Origin: Candidatus Woesearchaeota archaeon
GTDB lineage: Archaea > Nanobdellota > Nanobdellia > Woesearchaeales > SKIA01
Assembly: GCA_046704725.1 (NCBI GenBank)
Contig: JBJKRI010000003.1
Coordinates: 1-64,000, forward strand
Length of the DNA: 64,000 nucleotides
Direction of reading: 5' to 3'
The translations under genes were made by a program, and so were the position numbers. Shown here one piece after another: positions 47,319 to 57,294 of the stretch (positions within the stretch are counted from its first letter, which is position 1; the number at the start of each line of letters is the position of its first letter). Under the pieces are notes generated by a model. The model was not told where the DNA came from, searched no databases, and worked only from the letters and a program-made list of their open reading frames with translations.

Positions 47319-47382
47319 GCACACTGCATACTGGTGCGCTTCTTATGGTTTTCCTGCTTCGTCCTGAGGAGCTCTCCGTGAC

Positions 47383-47402
47383 GTTCCACCTGAAACGAGG
47401 GT
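47383..47402 (+). promoter_or_regulatory. ORB-like box upstream of the ribosomal operon promoter
   Basis: GTTCCACCTGAAACGAGGGT, about 30 nt upstream of TTTTAAA at 47432-47438. Confidence 0.45.
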
Positions 47403-47459
47403 CCGCGTCCCGCGTTTCCTCACCGGAATGCTTTTAAATGAACCAGCGTTCGCCCCGAT

Positions 47460-47584
47460 ATCGACGATGCACGCCCTCAGGACGTGTATCGGCTGACGCC
47501 TGAGAACCGCGCTGCGCGATTCTAGCATACCGCGGGACTAATGGGCGTTCACCAACCGGCCACCAGCATAGGCCAAGGACAACA
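47460..47584 (+). promoter_or_regulatory. structured 5' leader of the rpl3 operon
   Basis: About 125-nt UTR with stems 47465-73/47483-91, 47495-500/47544-49 and 47507-11/47531-35. Confidence 0.5.
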
Positions 47585-48559
47585 ATGCCGACCACACGAG
47601 CACCACGCAAGGGAAGCCTCCAGTACTGGCCCAGGAAGCGCGCCAAGCGCCAGCACGCGCGCGTCCGTAGCTGGGCGACCGCCAAGGAGCCCAAGCCCCT
47701 CGCTTTCGCCGGTTTCAAGGCCGGCATGACCCATATTCTCGTGACGGACAACCGCAAGCACAGCCCGAGCAAGGGCCAGGACATCAGCATGCCCGTCACC
47801 ATCATCGAATGCCCGCCCCTCAAGATCGCGGGCATCCGCTTCTACAAGAAGAACACCAAGGGCTATGGCGAAGCGGCAGCCACCGAGGTCCGCTTCAAGG
47901 CCGACAAGGAGCTGCTCCGCACCACCAAGTGGAAGGAAACGGGCAAGCTCGACGGCATCAAGCCCGAGGAGTACACGCGAGCGACCCTCCTGGTCCACAC
48001 CCAGCCCGCATTGACGGGCATCGGCCAGAAGAAGCCGCAGTTGTTCGAGGCGGGTTTCGCCGGCTCTGTCGCCGATGCGATCGCGTACGTCAAGGAGCAC
48101 AAGGAGATCGCCGTCGCCGACGCCCTCGCGCCGGGCCAGTTCGTTGACTCGCACGCGGTCACGACAGGCCGCGGCACGCAAGGCCCCGTCAAGAGATTCG
48201 GCATCGGCTTGCGCAGCCATAAGAGCGAGAAGAGCAATAGAAAGGCCGTCCTCGGTCCAGAGGGCTACGCCAAGGTCACCTTCACCTCGCCCCAGGCGGG
48301 CAAGATGGGCTACCACCTGCGCACCGAGCACAACAAGCAGATCATGGGCCTCCTTGAGGCCGACAAGCTCCAGGTGAGCGGCGGCATCATCAACTACGGC
48401 GTCGTCAAGAACACCGTCGTCCTGCTCAAGGGCAGCGTCGGCGGCTCCAAGAAGCGCCTCATCACCCTCACGCACGCGACCCGCGCGGACCCCAAGGTGT
48501 CCACACAGGCCATGGAGATCACGCACATCGCCACGAGAAGCCAGCAGGGGAACCAATGA
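47585..48559 (+). CDS. rpl3: 50S ribosomal protein uL3
   Basis: PRKGSL.YWPRKRA, GFKAGMTH, G.QGPVKRFG. Confidence 0.97.
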   Translation: MPTTRAPRKGSLQYWPRKRAKRQHARVRSWATAKEPKPLAFAGFKAGMTHILVTDNRKHSPSKGQDISMPVTIIECPPLKIAGIRFYKKNTKGYGEAAATEVRFKADKELLRTTKWKETGKLDGIKPEEYTRATLLVHTQPALTGIGQKKPQLFEAGFAGSVADAIAYVKEHKEIAVADALAPGQFVDSHAVTTGRGTQGPVKRFGIGLRSHKSEKSNRKAVLGPEGYAKVTFTSPQAGKMGYHLRTEHNKQIMGLLEADKLQVSGGIINYGVVKNTVVLLKGSVGGSKKRLITLTHATRADPKVSTQAMEITHIATRSQQGNQ

Positions 48560-49458
48560 AACTCACCATCCGCACCGCGAAGAACGAGGAGAAAGGAACC
48601 ATCGAGTTCCCCATCGTCGCGGAGATCCGCCCCGACCTCATCCGCCGTGCGGTGCTCGCGTTGCAGAGCCGCACGCGCCAGCCCTACGGGGCCGACCCGC
48701 GCGCGGGTCTCAAGCACTCCACGCGCATCAGCAGGCGCCGCCGCGATTATCGCGGCAGCTACGGCTACGGCATCAGCCGCGTGCCGCGCAAGATACTCAG
48801 CCGTGCTGGAAGACGCATGTACTGGGTCGGCGCGGAAGCCCCCGGCACCGTCGGCGGACGCAGAGCGCACCCGCCCAAGGCCACCAAGAAGTGGGCGCAC
48901 AAGATCAACAAGAAGGAAAACCGCAGGGCCATCGACAGCGCGATGGTCTGCGCACTGACCCCTGAGGTCGTCTCCGCGCGCGGGCACAAGGTGCCCAAGC
49001 ATTATCCCTTCGCGCTCGATGCGAGCGTCGAATCCCTCTCCAAGACCAAGGATGTCCTCGCCGCCCTGCAGGCGCTCGGACTCTCGGACGACCTCGCCCG
49101 CGGCGCTTCCGGCGCCAAGAGCGTGCTCCTCGTGACCGAGAACGAGGCCTTCGCGCGCGCCGCGCGAAACATCCCTGGTGTCGACGCGTTCCGCGCCGAC
49201 GAGCTCAACGCGCACATGCTCGCTCCCGGCGGCCATCCGGGACGCGCCACGCTCTTCACCGTCACCAGCATCAAGCGCCTTTCCGGCGAGCCCGCTCCCA
49301 AGAAGGAGAAGGCTCCCGCCAAGGCCGCGAAACCCGCTCCGAAATCTCCTGCTCCGAAGAAACCCGAGGAGAAGGTCGAGAAGAAGGAGGCGGCTCCGAA
49401 GAAGACCGCGAAGAAGACCGCGAAGAAAGCCGCCAAGAAGGCGGAGGTGAAGGCATGA
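48556..49458 (+). CDS. rpl4: 50S ribosomal protein uL4 with a Lys/Ala/Pro tail
   Basis: [30 protein letters not shown]. Confidence 0.96.
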   Translation: MKLTIRTAKNEEKGTIEFPIVAEIRPDLIRRAVLALQSRTRQPYGADPRAGLKHSTRISRRRRDYRGSYGYGISRVPRKILSRAGRRMYWVGAEAPGTVGGRRAHPPKATKKWAHKINKKENRRAIDSAMVCALTPEVVSARGHKVPKHYPFALDASVESLSKTKDVLAALQALGLSDDLARGASGAKSVLLVTENEAFARAARNIPGVDAFRADELNAHMLAPGGHPGRATLFTVTSIKRLSGEPAPKKEKAPAKAAKPAPKSPAPKKPEEKVEKKEAAPKKTAKKTAKKAAKKAEVKA

Positions 49459-49703
49459 CCGTCATCATCCACCCGATCTCCACCGAGAAGAGCATCCGTC
49501 TCATGGAGGCGGAGAACACGCTCGTCTTCGCTGTCGACAGGAAAGCCACCAAGGCGGACATCAAGAAAGCCGTCGAGGAGCTCTTCAAGGTCAAGGTCGC
49601 CGGTGTCAACACTGTCAATACGTTCAAGACAAAGAAAGCGTACGTCACGTTCGCCGCCGACACGCCGGCGATCGACGTCGCCACCAAGCTGGGGTTGATG
49701 TAG
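49455..49703 (+). CDS. rpl23: 50S ribosomal protein uL23
   Basis: P..TEK, N.L.F.V, KKAYV. Confidence 0.96.
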   Translation: MTVIIHPISTEKSIRLMEAENTLVFAVDRKATKADIKKAVEELFKVKVAGVNTVNTFKTKKAYVTFAADTPAIDVATKLGLM

Positions 49704-50417
49704 ATGGGTAAACCGATCATCGCGCAGAAACGGGGCAAGGGCTCGCCGACGTACACCGTCAGCAGCCATCGCTTCAAGGGCAAGGCCAAGCAATACGCGG
49801 ACGGCGAGGCCATCATCGTGGACATCGTCCACTGCGCGGCCCACAGCGCCCCGCTCTGCCTGGCGGAGCACATGGACGGCACGCTGTACCTCACCATCGC
49901 TGGCGAGGGAGCCACCGTCGGCGACATCGTGCAGGTCGGCACGGGAGCAGAGCTCGCGGTCGGCAACACGCTCATGCTCAAGGACATGCCGGAAGGCACG
50001 CCCGTCTTCAATATCGAGTCGCAGCCCGGCGACGGCGGACGATTCTGCCGCACGTCCGGCAGCGCCGCGCGCATCGCGCAGAAGACCGAGAAGACCGTCA
50101 CTGTCATCTTGCCGAGCAAGAAGACGCGCTCGTTCCCGGCCACGTGCCGCGGCACCGTGGGCGTCCCCGCCGGTGGCGGGCGCAAGGAGAAGCCGCTGCT
50201 CAAGGCCGGTACCGCGTTCCACAAATACGGTGCCCGCAACAAGCTCTGGCCCAAGACGAGCGCGACGAAGATGAACGCGACCGACCACCCGTTCGGCAAC
50301 ACGCGCAGCCTGCGAAAGGCCAAGGCCAAGCCGGCTCCGCGCAACGCCCCGCCGGGACGCAACGTCGGTATGATCCGCCCACGCAAGTCGGGCCGCAGCA
50401 AGGGGAGGAAGCGCTAG
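49704..50417 (+). CDS. rpl2: 50S ribosomal protein uL2
   Basis: MGK.I..Q.RG.G, GDGG, LPS, MNA.DHPFG. Confidence 0.97.
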   Translation: MGKPIIAQKRGKGSPTYTVSSHRFKGKAKQYADGEAIIVDIVHCAAHSAPLCLAEHMDGTLYLTIAGEGATVGDIVQVGTGAELAVGNTLMLKDMPEGTPVFNIESQPGDGGRFCRTSGSAARIAQKTEKTVTVILPSKKTRSFPATCRGTVGVPAGGGRKEKPLLKAGTAFHKYGARNKLWPKTSATKMNATDHPFGNTRSLRKAKAKPAPRNAPPGRNVGMIRPRKSGRSKGRKR

Positions 50418-50798
50418 ATGGCGAAAAAGGAATTCACGTTTCACGGACACACGCTCGAACAGCTTAAGGCATTGCCGCGCGACGAGATGCTCGCGCTCCT
50501 GCCCAGCAGGCAGCGCCGCAGCATCAAGCGCGGGTACACGGATGCCGAGCGCAAGGCCGAGCTCAACATCCTTGCCAAGGACAAGGTCAGAACGCACGCC
50601 CGTGGCGTGGTCATCATGCCGCAGATGGTGGGCAAGACGATCCTCGTCCACAACGGCAAGCAGTTCGTGGAAGTCAAAGTGCAGGAGGAGATGATCGGGC
50701 ACCGCCTGGGCGAGTTCGCCCTCACGCGCAACCTGGTCAAGCACAACTCCCCCGGAGTCGGAGCGACGCGCAGCAGCTCGGCGCTCTCGGTGAGATAA
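50418..50798 (+). CDS. rps19: 30S ribosomal protein uS19
   Basis: RTH.R, HNGK.F, MIGH.LGEFA.TR. Confidence 0.97.
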   Translation: MAKKEFTFHGHTLEQLKALPRDEMLALLPSRQRRSIKRGYTDAERKAELNILAKDKVRTHARGVVIMPQMVGKTILVHNGKQFVEVKVQEEMIGHRLGEFALTRNLVKHNSPGVGATRSSSALSVR

Positions 50799-51433
50799 TG
50801 GCATACGGATACGCATACCAGGGCAGTGGCGAGGTCGCGCGAGGCGTCGCCCTCGACCAGTCCGTCAGCGTGAAGAGCGCTGTCATGGTCGCTGCCTTCG
50901 TCCGCGGCAAGCCCGTCGCTCGTGTCGAGCGCGAGCTCGACGCCGTCATCGCCATGCGCGCAGCGGTCCCCTTCACTCGTTTCAGCGAGGGCGCGGGCCA
51001 CAAGCGCGGCATCGGCCCGGGCAAGTACCCCGTCAAGACCGCGACGGTCTTCCGTCAATTGCTCGCCAGCGTCAAGGCCAATGCCGAGGACCTCGGCATG
51101 GGAGACGACCTCATCGTCATCGGCGCCACCGCTAACAAGGGCGCGGAGCAGCCGCGCTACGGCCGCCACCGCGGACGCGTCGGCAAGGCCACGCACGTCG
51201 AGCTCGTCCTCGCCGAGCGCGAGCCCGGCAAGAAGGCCGCCAAGGCTCCTGCGAAGACCGAGAAGCCCACCAAGGCTCCTGCCAAGAAGGCTGCGAAACC
51301 CGCTCCCAAGAAGCCCGCGGAGAAAGCGCCGGTGAAGGAAGCCGCGAAACCCGCTCCGAAATCTCCCGCCAAGAAAGCGGAGAAGAAGGAACCTGCTCCG
51401 GCGAAGAAAGAATCCAAGGAGGCTGATGCCTGA
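50798..51433 (+). CDS. rpl22: 50S ribosomal protein uL22 with a Lys/Ala/Pro tail
   Basis: VPF.RF, GKYPVK, ANAE, THVE.VL. Confidence 0.95.
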   Translation: MAYGYAYQGSGEVARGVALDQSVSVKSAVMVAAFVRGKPVARVERELDAVIAMRAAVPFTRFSEGAGHKRGIGPGKYPVKTATVFRQLLASVKANAEDLGMGDDLIVIGATANKGAEQPRYGRHRGRVGKATHVELVLAEREPGKKAAKAPAKTEKPTKAPAKKAAKPAPKKPAEKAPVKEAAKPAPKSPAKKAEKKEPAPAKKESKEADA

Positions 51434-52164
51434 TGGCCATCGAGCGTAAATTCATCCAGCAGAACATGCGCGAGTTCCGTATCCGCAAGTTCGTCGAGAA
51501 GAACGTGTCCCGCGTCGGATTGTCCGATGTGACTGTCAAGAAGACGCCGATCGGCGACAAGATCGTGATCCGTGCTTCGCGCCCGGGCCTCGTCGTCGGC
51601 CGCGGCGGCAGCAACATCCAGCTGCTCACGCGACAGCTCAAGGAGGAGTTCGAGCTCGACAACCCGCAGATAGAGATTGAGGAGATCGAGAAGCCCGACC
51701 TCGACGCGGACGTCGTGGCTGAGCGCATCCTCAATAGCTTGGAGCGCTTCGGCAGCGGCCGCACGAAAGGCATCGGCTATCGTGCCATGGCCGACAGCAT
51801 GAACTCCGGCGCGCTCGGTATCGAGATTCTCATCTCCGGGAAGATCCCGAGCATGCGCGCCCGCAGCTGGCGGTTCTACAACGGCTATCTGAAGAAAGCG
51901 GGTGACCTCGCTGTCGAAGGCGTCCATCACAGCGTCAAGACGGTCACCCTCAAGTCGGGAGCGGTGGGCATCAAGGTGCGTATCATGCCGCCGGACATCA
52001 CCCTCCCGGATCACATCACACTCACAGAGTCTCCTGTAACAGAGGTCGAGGAGGTCACCGGGAAACCGGAGGCCGCCGAGACCGAAGCGGCCGTAGAGAA
52101 GGCCGAGAAGGCTCCTGAGGACGCGCCGGAAGCCAAGGCATCCGGTGCGGAGGACACCGCATGA
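51433..52164 (+). CDS. rps3: 30S ribosomal protein uS3
   Basis: RPGLVVGRGG, GA.G.EI.ISGK, G.KV.I.PP. Confidence 0.97.
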   Translation: MAIERKFIQQNMREFRIRKFVEKNVSRVGLSDVTVKKTPIGDKIVIRASRPGLVVGRGGSNIQLLTRQLKEEFELDNPQIEIEEIEKPDLDADVVAERILNSLERFGSGRTKGIGYRAMADSMNSGALGIEILISGKIPSMRARSWRFYNGYLKKAGDLAVEGVHHSVKTVTLKSGAVGIKVRIMPPDITLPDHITLTESPVTEVEEVTGKPEAAETEAAVEKAEKAPEDAPEAKASGAEDTA

Positions 52165-52346
52165 GGTTCAGCGAACTCTCCGCGCTCTCTCCCGAGGAAC
52201 GGGAGGATAAGCGAAAGGAGATCGAGCTGGAGCTCATGAAGGAGCGCGCGCAGATCGCGAGCGGAACCGCCCCGAAGAATCCGGGGATGATCCGCGAGTA
52301 TCGCAAGACCCTCGCGCGCCTCCAGACACTCGAGAAGACCAAATGA
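52161..52346 (+). CDS. rpl29: 50S ribosomal protein uL29
   Basis: NPG.IRE.RK..AR..T; expected position in the operon. Confidence 0.93.
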   Translation: MRFSELSALSPEEREDKRKEIELELMKERAQIASGTAPKNPGMIREYRKTLARLQTLEKTK

Positions 52347-52654
52347 GCAAGATATGCCCAACCTGCGGACTCCCTGAAGAACTGTGCGTATGCCAGGATA
52401 TCGCCAAGGAGTCGCAGCGGATCACGGTCTCGATCGAGAAGAAGCGGTTCAGCAAGGAGTACACCGTCATCGAGGGTATCGATGCCGGTGAGATCGACGT
52501 CAAGGAACTGGCGAAGACCCTCAAGCACAAGTTCGCGTGCGGAGGGACGGCCAAGGGCGGTCGGATCGAGCTCCAGGGCAACCACCTCAACGAGGTGGGC
52601 GCCGTGCTCATGGACCAGGGCTTCTCGCCAGAGACCATCGACGTGAAGCGATGA
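52343..52654 (+). CDS. translation initiation factor aIF-1 (SUI1)
   Basis: CP.CGLP.ELC.C, LK...ACGGT, IELQG.H. Confidence 0.96.
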   Translation: MSKICPTCGLPEELCVCQDIAKESQRITVSIEKKRFSKEYTVIEGIDAGEIDVKELAKTLKHKFACGGTAKGGRIELQGNHLNEVGAVLMDQGFSPETIDVKR

Positions 52655-52917
52655 TCCGCCACGACCTCATCGGTCGCAGGATCGTCGTCCTCGAGGCGTC
52701 AAACAAGGACCTCGTCGGCATCGCCGGCGAGGTGGTCGACGAGACCAAGAACACGCTCCGCGTCCGTACGGACCGGGGCGAGAAGACCGTGCTCAAGGAG
52801 CAGGTGACCATCGACGTCGATGGGACCCGCATCGAGGGCGCGTTGCTCACGCAACGTCCGGAGAAACGGACGAAGCTCAAGCTCAAACGATGGCAACGAA
52901 GAAAACCACCACAGTAA
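52651..52917 (+). CDS. rnp1: RNase P protein subunit Rpp29
   Basis: H.LIG, GI.G.VVDETKNTL, G..L..RPE.R. Confidence 0.93.
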   Translation: MIRHDLIGRRIVVLEASNKDLVGIAGEVVDETKNTLRVRTDRGEKTVLKEQVTIDVDGTRIEGALLTQRPEKRTKLKLKRWQRRKPPQ

Positions 52918-53210
52918 AGCCCGCCGGGACGGCGGCCCGAGACAGCGCGAGCGCTAGCCTGCGCGGAAAGCAGTTCGAGGGCGTCGTCGTATCGGCGAAG
53001 GCGACCAAGACCGTGTCGGTCGAATGGGAGACGCGCTCGTACATCAAGAAGTACGAGCGGTACGAACGCCGACGCTCCAAGGTCGCGGCCCACAACCCCG
53101 AAGGCATCGACGCCAAGGAGGGTGACGTGGTCCGCATCAAGGAGTGCAGGCCGCTCTCCAAGACCAAGCACTTCGTGGTCACCGAGATAATCGAGAGGAA
53201 AGGACAATGA
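52890..53210 (+). CDS. rps17: 30S ribosomal protein uS17
   Basis: RG..FEG.VVS, KYERYE.R, ECRPLSKTK.F. Confidence 0.97.
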   Translation: MATKKTTTVKPAGTAARDSASASLRGKQFEGVVVSAKATKTVSVEWETRSYIKKYERYERRRSKVAAHNPEGIDAKEGDVVRIKECRPLSKTKHFVVTEIIERKGQ

Positions 53211-53608
53211 AAGGACTCACGTCATCCGTCACCAAGGGACTGCAAGTCGGCTCCCGCTTGCCGACCGCCGACAATAGCGGAGCGAAGATCGTGGAGATCG
53301 TCTCCGTGCTCGGCGGCAAGACAGTCAAGGGACGCCGCTCGTCGGCTGGCGTCGGCGACATGGTCATTGTGACGGTCAAGAAGGGCCGTCCTGATGTGCG
53401 AAAGCAGGTCATGCACGCCGTCGTGGTGCGCCAGCGCAAGGAGTTCCGCCGCGCTGACGGGATGCACGTGAAGTTCGAGGACAACGCGGTCGTCGTCTGC
53501 AAGGACGAGAAGGGGAACCCGAGAGGGACCATCTTCAAGGGGCCGATAGCAAAGGAAGCAGCGGACCGGTGGCCGCCGGTCGCGAACGTGGCTTCCATCA
53601 TTGTGTGA
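53207..53608 (+). CDS. rpl14: 50S ribosomal protein uL14
   Basis: ADNSGAK, AVVVRQ, FEDNA.V. Confidence 0.97.
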   Translation: MKGLTSSVTKGLQVGSRLPTADNSGAKIVEIVSVLGGKTVKGRRSSAGVGDMVIVTVKKGRPDVRKQVMHAVVVRQRKEFRRADGMHVKFEDNAVVVCKDEKGNPRGTIFKGPIAKEAADRWPPVANVASIIV

Positions 53609-53612
53609 TACT

Positions 53613-53972
53613 ATGAAACAAGGATTCAAGACCGGATGGAACGCGAGCTCCCAAGCGCGCAAGCAGCGTAAGTTCCGAGCGAACGCGCCGTTGCACCGCA
53701 AGAGCGTGTTCCTCAATGCCACGCTCTCCAAGGACCTTCGTGAGAAGCACAAGCGCCGCTCGCTGCGTGTCCGCCAGGGGGACGAGGTCGAGGTGCTCCG
53801 CGGTGCCTTCAAGGGCAAGAAGGGCGTCGTCGACAGCGTGGACACCCGCAACCAGCGCCTGGTCGTCCGCGGCGTCGAGCTCGCCAAGCGCGACGGCTCG
53901 AAGGCGCCGCACCCGGTCAACGTCAGCAACGTCCGCATCACCAAGCTCATCGAAGACAAGAGGAGGATCTGA
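53613..53972 (+). CDS. rpl24: 50S ribosomal protein uL24
   Basis: S.Q.RKQRK, LS..LR, GD.V.V.RG. Confidence 0.96.
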   Translation: MKQGFKTGWNASSQARKQRKFRANAPLHRKSVFLNATLSKDLREKHKRRSLRVRQGDEVEVLRGAFKGKKGVVDSVDTRNQRLVVRGVELAKRDGSKAPHPVNVSNVRITKLIEDKRRI

Positions 53973-54644
53973 ATGGTACGCAATCACCTGAAACGCATCG
54001 CGGCCCCGCGCAGCTGGGCCTTGCACCGCAAGGAGCGCACGTTCATCACGCGCCCGAACCCCGGACGCGCGTTCGGACTCGCCATGCCGCTCAACCACGT
54101 CATGAAGGTGCTGCTCAACAAGGGCCGCACGACAAAGGAGGTCCGTCACATCCTCTTCCACGAGGAGGTACTCGTCAACGGCCGCCGAGAGTTCGACCAC
54201 CGCAGGCCCGTCGGCTTCATGGACGTCATCAGCTTCCCCTCCACCAAGGAGCACTACGCGCTCAGCCTCTCCGCGAGGGGCATCCTGTCGGCCATGCCGC
54301 AAGACGACGCGAAGAAGCGCCTCGTCAAGGTGCGCGGCAAGACCCGCGTCGCGGGAAGGTTCCAGCTCAACTGCCAGGACGGCACGAACATCCTGCTCGA
54401 CAAGGACGCGTACAAGACGGGTGACACGCTCGTCCTCACGGACGGCAAGGTTGCAAAGCACCTTCCGCTCGCCGTCGGCGCGCACATCACGTTGACGGGA
54501 GGGAAGCACCTCGGCAAGAGCGGCGTGGTGAAGAGCCTCGAGGGCGATGACATCGTCTTCGAGAACGAGAACGGCACGTACTCCACGACGCGAAACCACG
54601 CGTTCGTCACGGGAACCAAGGAACCGGAGGTGCGTCTGCGATGA
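53973..54644 (+). CDS. rps4e: 30S ribosomal protein eS4
   Basis: HLKR.AAP.SW, PVG.MDV, GG.H.G. Confidence 0.96.
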   Translation: MVRNHLKRIAAPRSWALHRKERTFITRPNPGRAFGLAMPLNHVMKVLLNKGRTTKEVRHILFHEEVLVNGRREFDHRRPVGFMDVISFPSTKEHYALSLSARGILSAMPQDDAKKRLVKVRGKTRVAGRFQLNCQDGTNILLDKDAYKTGDTLVLTDGKVAKHLPLAVGAHITLTGGKHLGKSGVVKSLEGDDIVFENENGTYSTTRNHAFVTGTKEPEVRLR

Positions 54645-55150
54645 ACACGATGCGCGAGGTTCTCCTGGAGAAGGTGACCCTCAACTTCGGCGCCGGCAAG
54701 GATCAGGCACTGCTCGATAAGGGCGCACAGCTCATCGAGATGATCACGGGCATCGCGCCCGTCAGGACCGTCACGCAGGCCCGCATACCTGCCTGGGGAT
54801 TGCGCCCCGGCCTGCCCGTCGGCCTCAAGCTCACGCTCCGCGGCGAGAAGGCCGTGGATGTCGCTTCGCGCCTGCTCGAGGCGCGCGAGCGCAAGCTCAA
54901 GGATTCCTGCGTGGACGACAACGGGAACGTCAGCTTCGGATTGACCGAGTACATCGACATCCCCGGCGTCCGCTACGACCCGAAGATCGGTATCATCGGC
55001 TTGCAGGCGTCCATCACGCTCAAGCGTCGCGGCTACCGTGTCGCGCGCAGGAAGATGCGCAATGCCCGAGTGGGAAAAGCGCATCGTATCACCAAGGAGG
55101 AGGCCAAGGAGTTCATGGTCAAACACTTCAAGGTGGAGTTCACGCAATGA
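54641..55150 (+). CDS. rpl5: 50S ribosomal protein uL5
   Basis: EKV.LN.G, G.K.TLRG, GN.SFG, YDP.IGI.G. Confidence 0.97.
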   Translation: MNTMREVLLEKVTLNFGAGKDQALLDKGAQLIEMITGIAPVRTVTQARIPAWGLRPGLPVGLKLTLRGEKAVDVASRLLEARERKLKDSCVDDNGNVSFGLTEYIDIPGVRYDPKIGIIGLQASITLKRRGYRVARRKMRNARVGKAHRITKEEAKEFMVKHFKVEFTQ

Positions 55151-55377
55151 CCGTCAGCAACTGGAAAAAAGCGTTCAAGCAGCTCAATGCGAAGCCGGCC
55201 GTGAAGCGCAAGTACGTCAAGCACAACAAGCCCGCCGAGCGCGCCCACGGCATCGCGACGCGTGCGTGCGGACACTGCGGTCGTCATCGTGCGCACATCA
55301 ACAAGTACGGCCTGCACCTGTGCAGGCAATGCTTCCGTCAATATGCGAGTGAACTCGGGTTCAAGAAATTCAGGTGA
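55147..55377 (+). CDS. rps14: 30S ribosomal protein uS14 (Zn type, N-terminally extended)
   Basis: CGHC...KYGL.LCRQCFR. Confidence 0.95.
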   Translation: MTVSNWKKAFKQLNAKPAVKRKYVKHNKPAERAHGIATRACGHCGRHRAHINKYGLHLCRQCFRQYASELGFKKFR

Positions 55378-55380
55378 AAC

Positions 55381-55773
55381 ATGACGCTCAATAATCCCCT
55401 ATCGAATGTGCTGTCCGCCATCGACAACAGCGAACGCGTCTCCCACAAGGAGATCGAGCTCGGCGTCAACAGCAAGGTCATCCGCACCGTCCTTGACATC
55501 CTCAAGGAGCGCGGTTACGTGACGGGCTACGAGGTCATCGAGGACGGACGCGGCGGTCGCGTCCGCGTCACGCTCGCGGGCACCATCAACCGCGTCGGTG
55601 TCATCACGCCGAGCTTTCCCGTCAAGAAGACGGACTACCAGCGCTTCGAGAAGCGGTACCTGCCCGCGCGCGACTTCGGCATCCTCGTCGTGAGCACGAG
55701 CCGCGGCATGATGACGCACAACGAGGCGAAGGAACTGGGAATCGGAGGACGGCTCATCGCCTATTGCTACTAA
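55381..55773 (+). CDS. rps8: 30S ribosomal protein uS8
   Basis: IN..G.I.P, LPA.DFG, STS.G.M.H.EA. Confidence 0.97.
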   Translation: MTLNNPLSNVLSAIDNSERVSHKEIELGVNSKVIRTVLDILKERGYVTGYEVIEDGRGGRVRVTLAGTINRVGVITPSFPVKKTDYQRFEKRYLPARDFGILVVSTSRGMMTHNEAKELGIGGRLIAYCY

Positions 55774-55777
55774 GACC

Positions 55778-56323
55778 ATGAAATCCACTATCACTGAAGA
55801 ACTGGCCATTCCGGAAGGGATACAGGCGGCCTATCAGGAGAAGGTCTTCTCCGTCACGGGCCCTGCGGGCACCGTGCAGCGCACGCTCTGGCAGCCTCGC
55901 ATCACGCTCTCCGTCTCCGACGGCAGGATCGTCCTCGAGGCCAAGGATGCGTCGCAGCGCGAGAAGCGACACCTCTACACGATGCGCTCGCACATCAGGA
56001 ACATGCTCAAGGGCGCTTCCGAGGGCCACGTCTACCGGCTCAAGGTCTGCTCGGGACACTTCCCCATGAACGTCGCCGTCTCGGGCGACACGCTCACCGT
56101 CAAGAACTTCTTGGGCGAGGCCGTGCCCCGCACCCTCAAGCTCAAGCAGGGCGCCGAGGTCAAGGTCGATGGCGACACCGTCGTCGTCAAGGCCACGAGC
56201 CTCGAGCTCGCGGGCCAGCAGGCCTCTGACATCGAGCAGCTCACGCGCATCACCAACAGGGACCGTCGCATCTTCCAGGACGGATTGTACATCATCGAGA
56301 AGGATGGGGAGGCGGTCCAATGA
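55778..56323 (+). CDS. rpl6: 50S ribosomal protein uL6
   Basis: HI.NM.KG, HFPM, NFLGE, D.R.FQDG.YI. Confidence 0.97.
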   Translation: MKSTITEELAIPEGIQAAYQEKVFSVTGPAGTVQRTLWQPRITLSVSDGRIVLEAKDASQREKRHLYTMRSHIRNMLKGASEGHVYRLKVCSGHFPMNVAVSGDTLTVKNFLGEAVPRTLKLKQGAEVKVDGDTVVVKATSLELAGQQASDIEQLTRITNRDRRIFQDGLYIIEKDGEAVQ

Positions 56324-56838
56324 GGTTCATCAGGCACGCGGCCCACCGCAAGAAGCGTCTCGGCCAGAAGTGGCGCAAGCCCCGCGGCTTGCACAACAAG
56401 ATGCGCGACCATAAGCGTGGCGCATCCCCCATGGTCCAGGACGGCTATCGCACCGACAAGACCAAGCGCGGCAAGCGCAAGGGTTTGCTCGTGACCGTCA
56501 TCCGCACGGAGAGCGACCTCTCTTCGTTGGACCCGAAGGTGCACGGCATCGTGCTCGGTGCTGTCGGCATGCGCAAGAAGCTGTCATTGCTCGACGCGAT
56601 CATCAAGGGAGGCTTCACGCTCCTGACCGGTGATGCTGTCGCGAGCAAGAAGCGCCTCCAGGAGAGCTATGCTGCCCGCCGCTCCGAGGTGGAGCAGAAG
56701 CACGAGGAGCGCAAGGCCAAGCAGGAGGAGCGCGAGAAGAAGGCCGAGAAAGAGGAGCCGAAGAAGGAATCCGACGAGGACGAGGAGAAGTCCAAGGAGG
56801 AGCGCGAGAAGGAGAAGGTCCTGACCAAGGCGAGGTAA
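56320..56838 (+). CDS. rpl32e: 50S ribosomal protein eL32 with a charged C-terminal tail
   Basis: WRKPRG..NK.R, GY, VG.RK. Confidence 0.93.
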   Translation: MRFIRHAAHRKKRLGQKWRKPRGLHNKMRDHKRGASPMVQDGYRTDKTKRGKRKGLLVTVIRTESDLSSLDPKVHGIVLGAVGMRKKLSLLDAIIKGGFTLLTGDAVASKKRLQESYAARRSEVEQKHEERKAKQEEREKKAEKEEPKKESDEDEEKSKEEREKEKVLTKAR

Positions 56839-56842
56839 GACG

Positions 56843-57292
56843 ATGAAGCTCACGACACAAAAACGATTGGCGGCGCAGGTCCTCAAGTGCTCCGCGAAGC
56901 GCATCCGCTTCGACGAGGAGCGTCTCGAGGATATCAGCGAGGCCATCACCAAGCAGGATATCCGCGTCCTCATCAAGGAAAAGGCGATCACTAAGGAGCA
57001 GGAGACCGGCATCAGCCGCGTCCGTGCCAACAAGCGTCGCGTCCAGCGCCGTAAGGGTCGTCAGCAGGGCACCGGCACGCGCAAGGGCACGCGCAATGCC
57101 CGAGCGCCCAGGAAGGACACCTGGATGCTTCGCATCCGCGCCCAGCGCCAGCACTTGCGCGACCTGCGCGAGAACCGGACCATCAGCGACGAGTCGTTCC
57201 GCGACTTGTACGCGAAGGCCAAGGGCGGTTTCTTCAGGAGCCGCAGGCACATCAACTTGTACATCGAAGAGCATAGCATGAGGAGGGGCTGA
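56843..57292 (+). CDS. rpl19e: 50S ribosomal protein eL19
   Basis: QKRLAA, AIT..DIR.L, G.RKG...AR, Y.K.KGG.F. Confidence 0.97.
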   Translation: MKLTTQKRLAAQVLKCSAKRIRFDEERLEDISEAITKQDIRVLIKEKAITKEQETGISRVRANKRRVQRRKGRQQGTGTRKGTRNARAPRKDTWMLRIRAQRQHLRDLRENRTISDESFRDLYAKAKGGFFRSRRHINLYIEEHSMRRG

Positions 57293-57294
57293 AC

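Noticed and set aside
49290-49445. Short repeats in ribosomal genes considered as CRISPR or mobile repeats
   Set aside because: They are in-frame Lys/Ala/Pro coding repeats with no regular repeat-spacer period and no cas genes.
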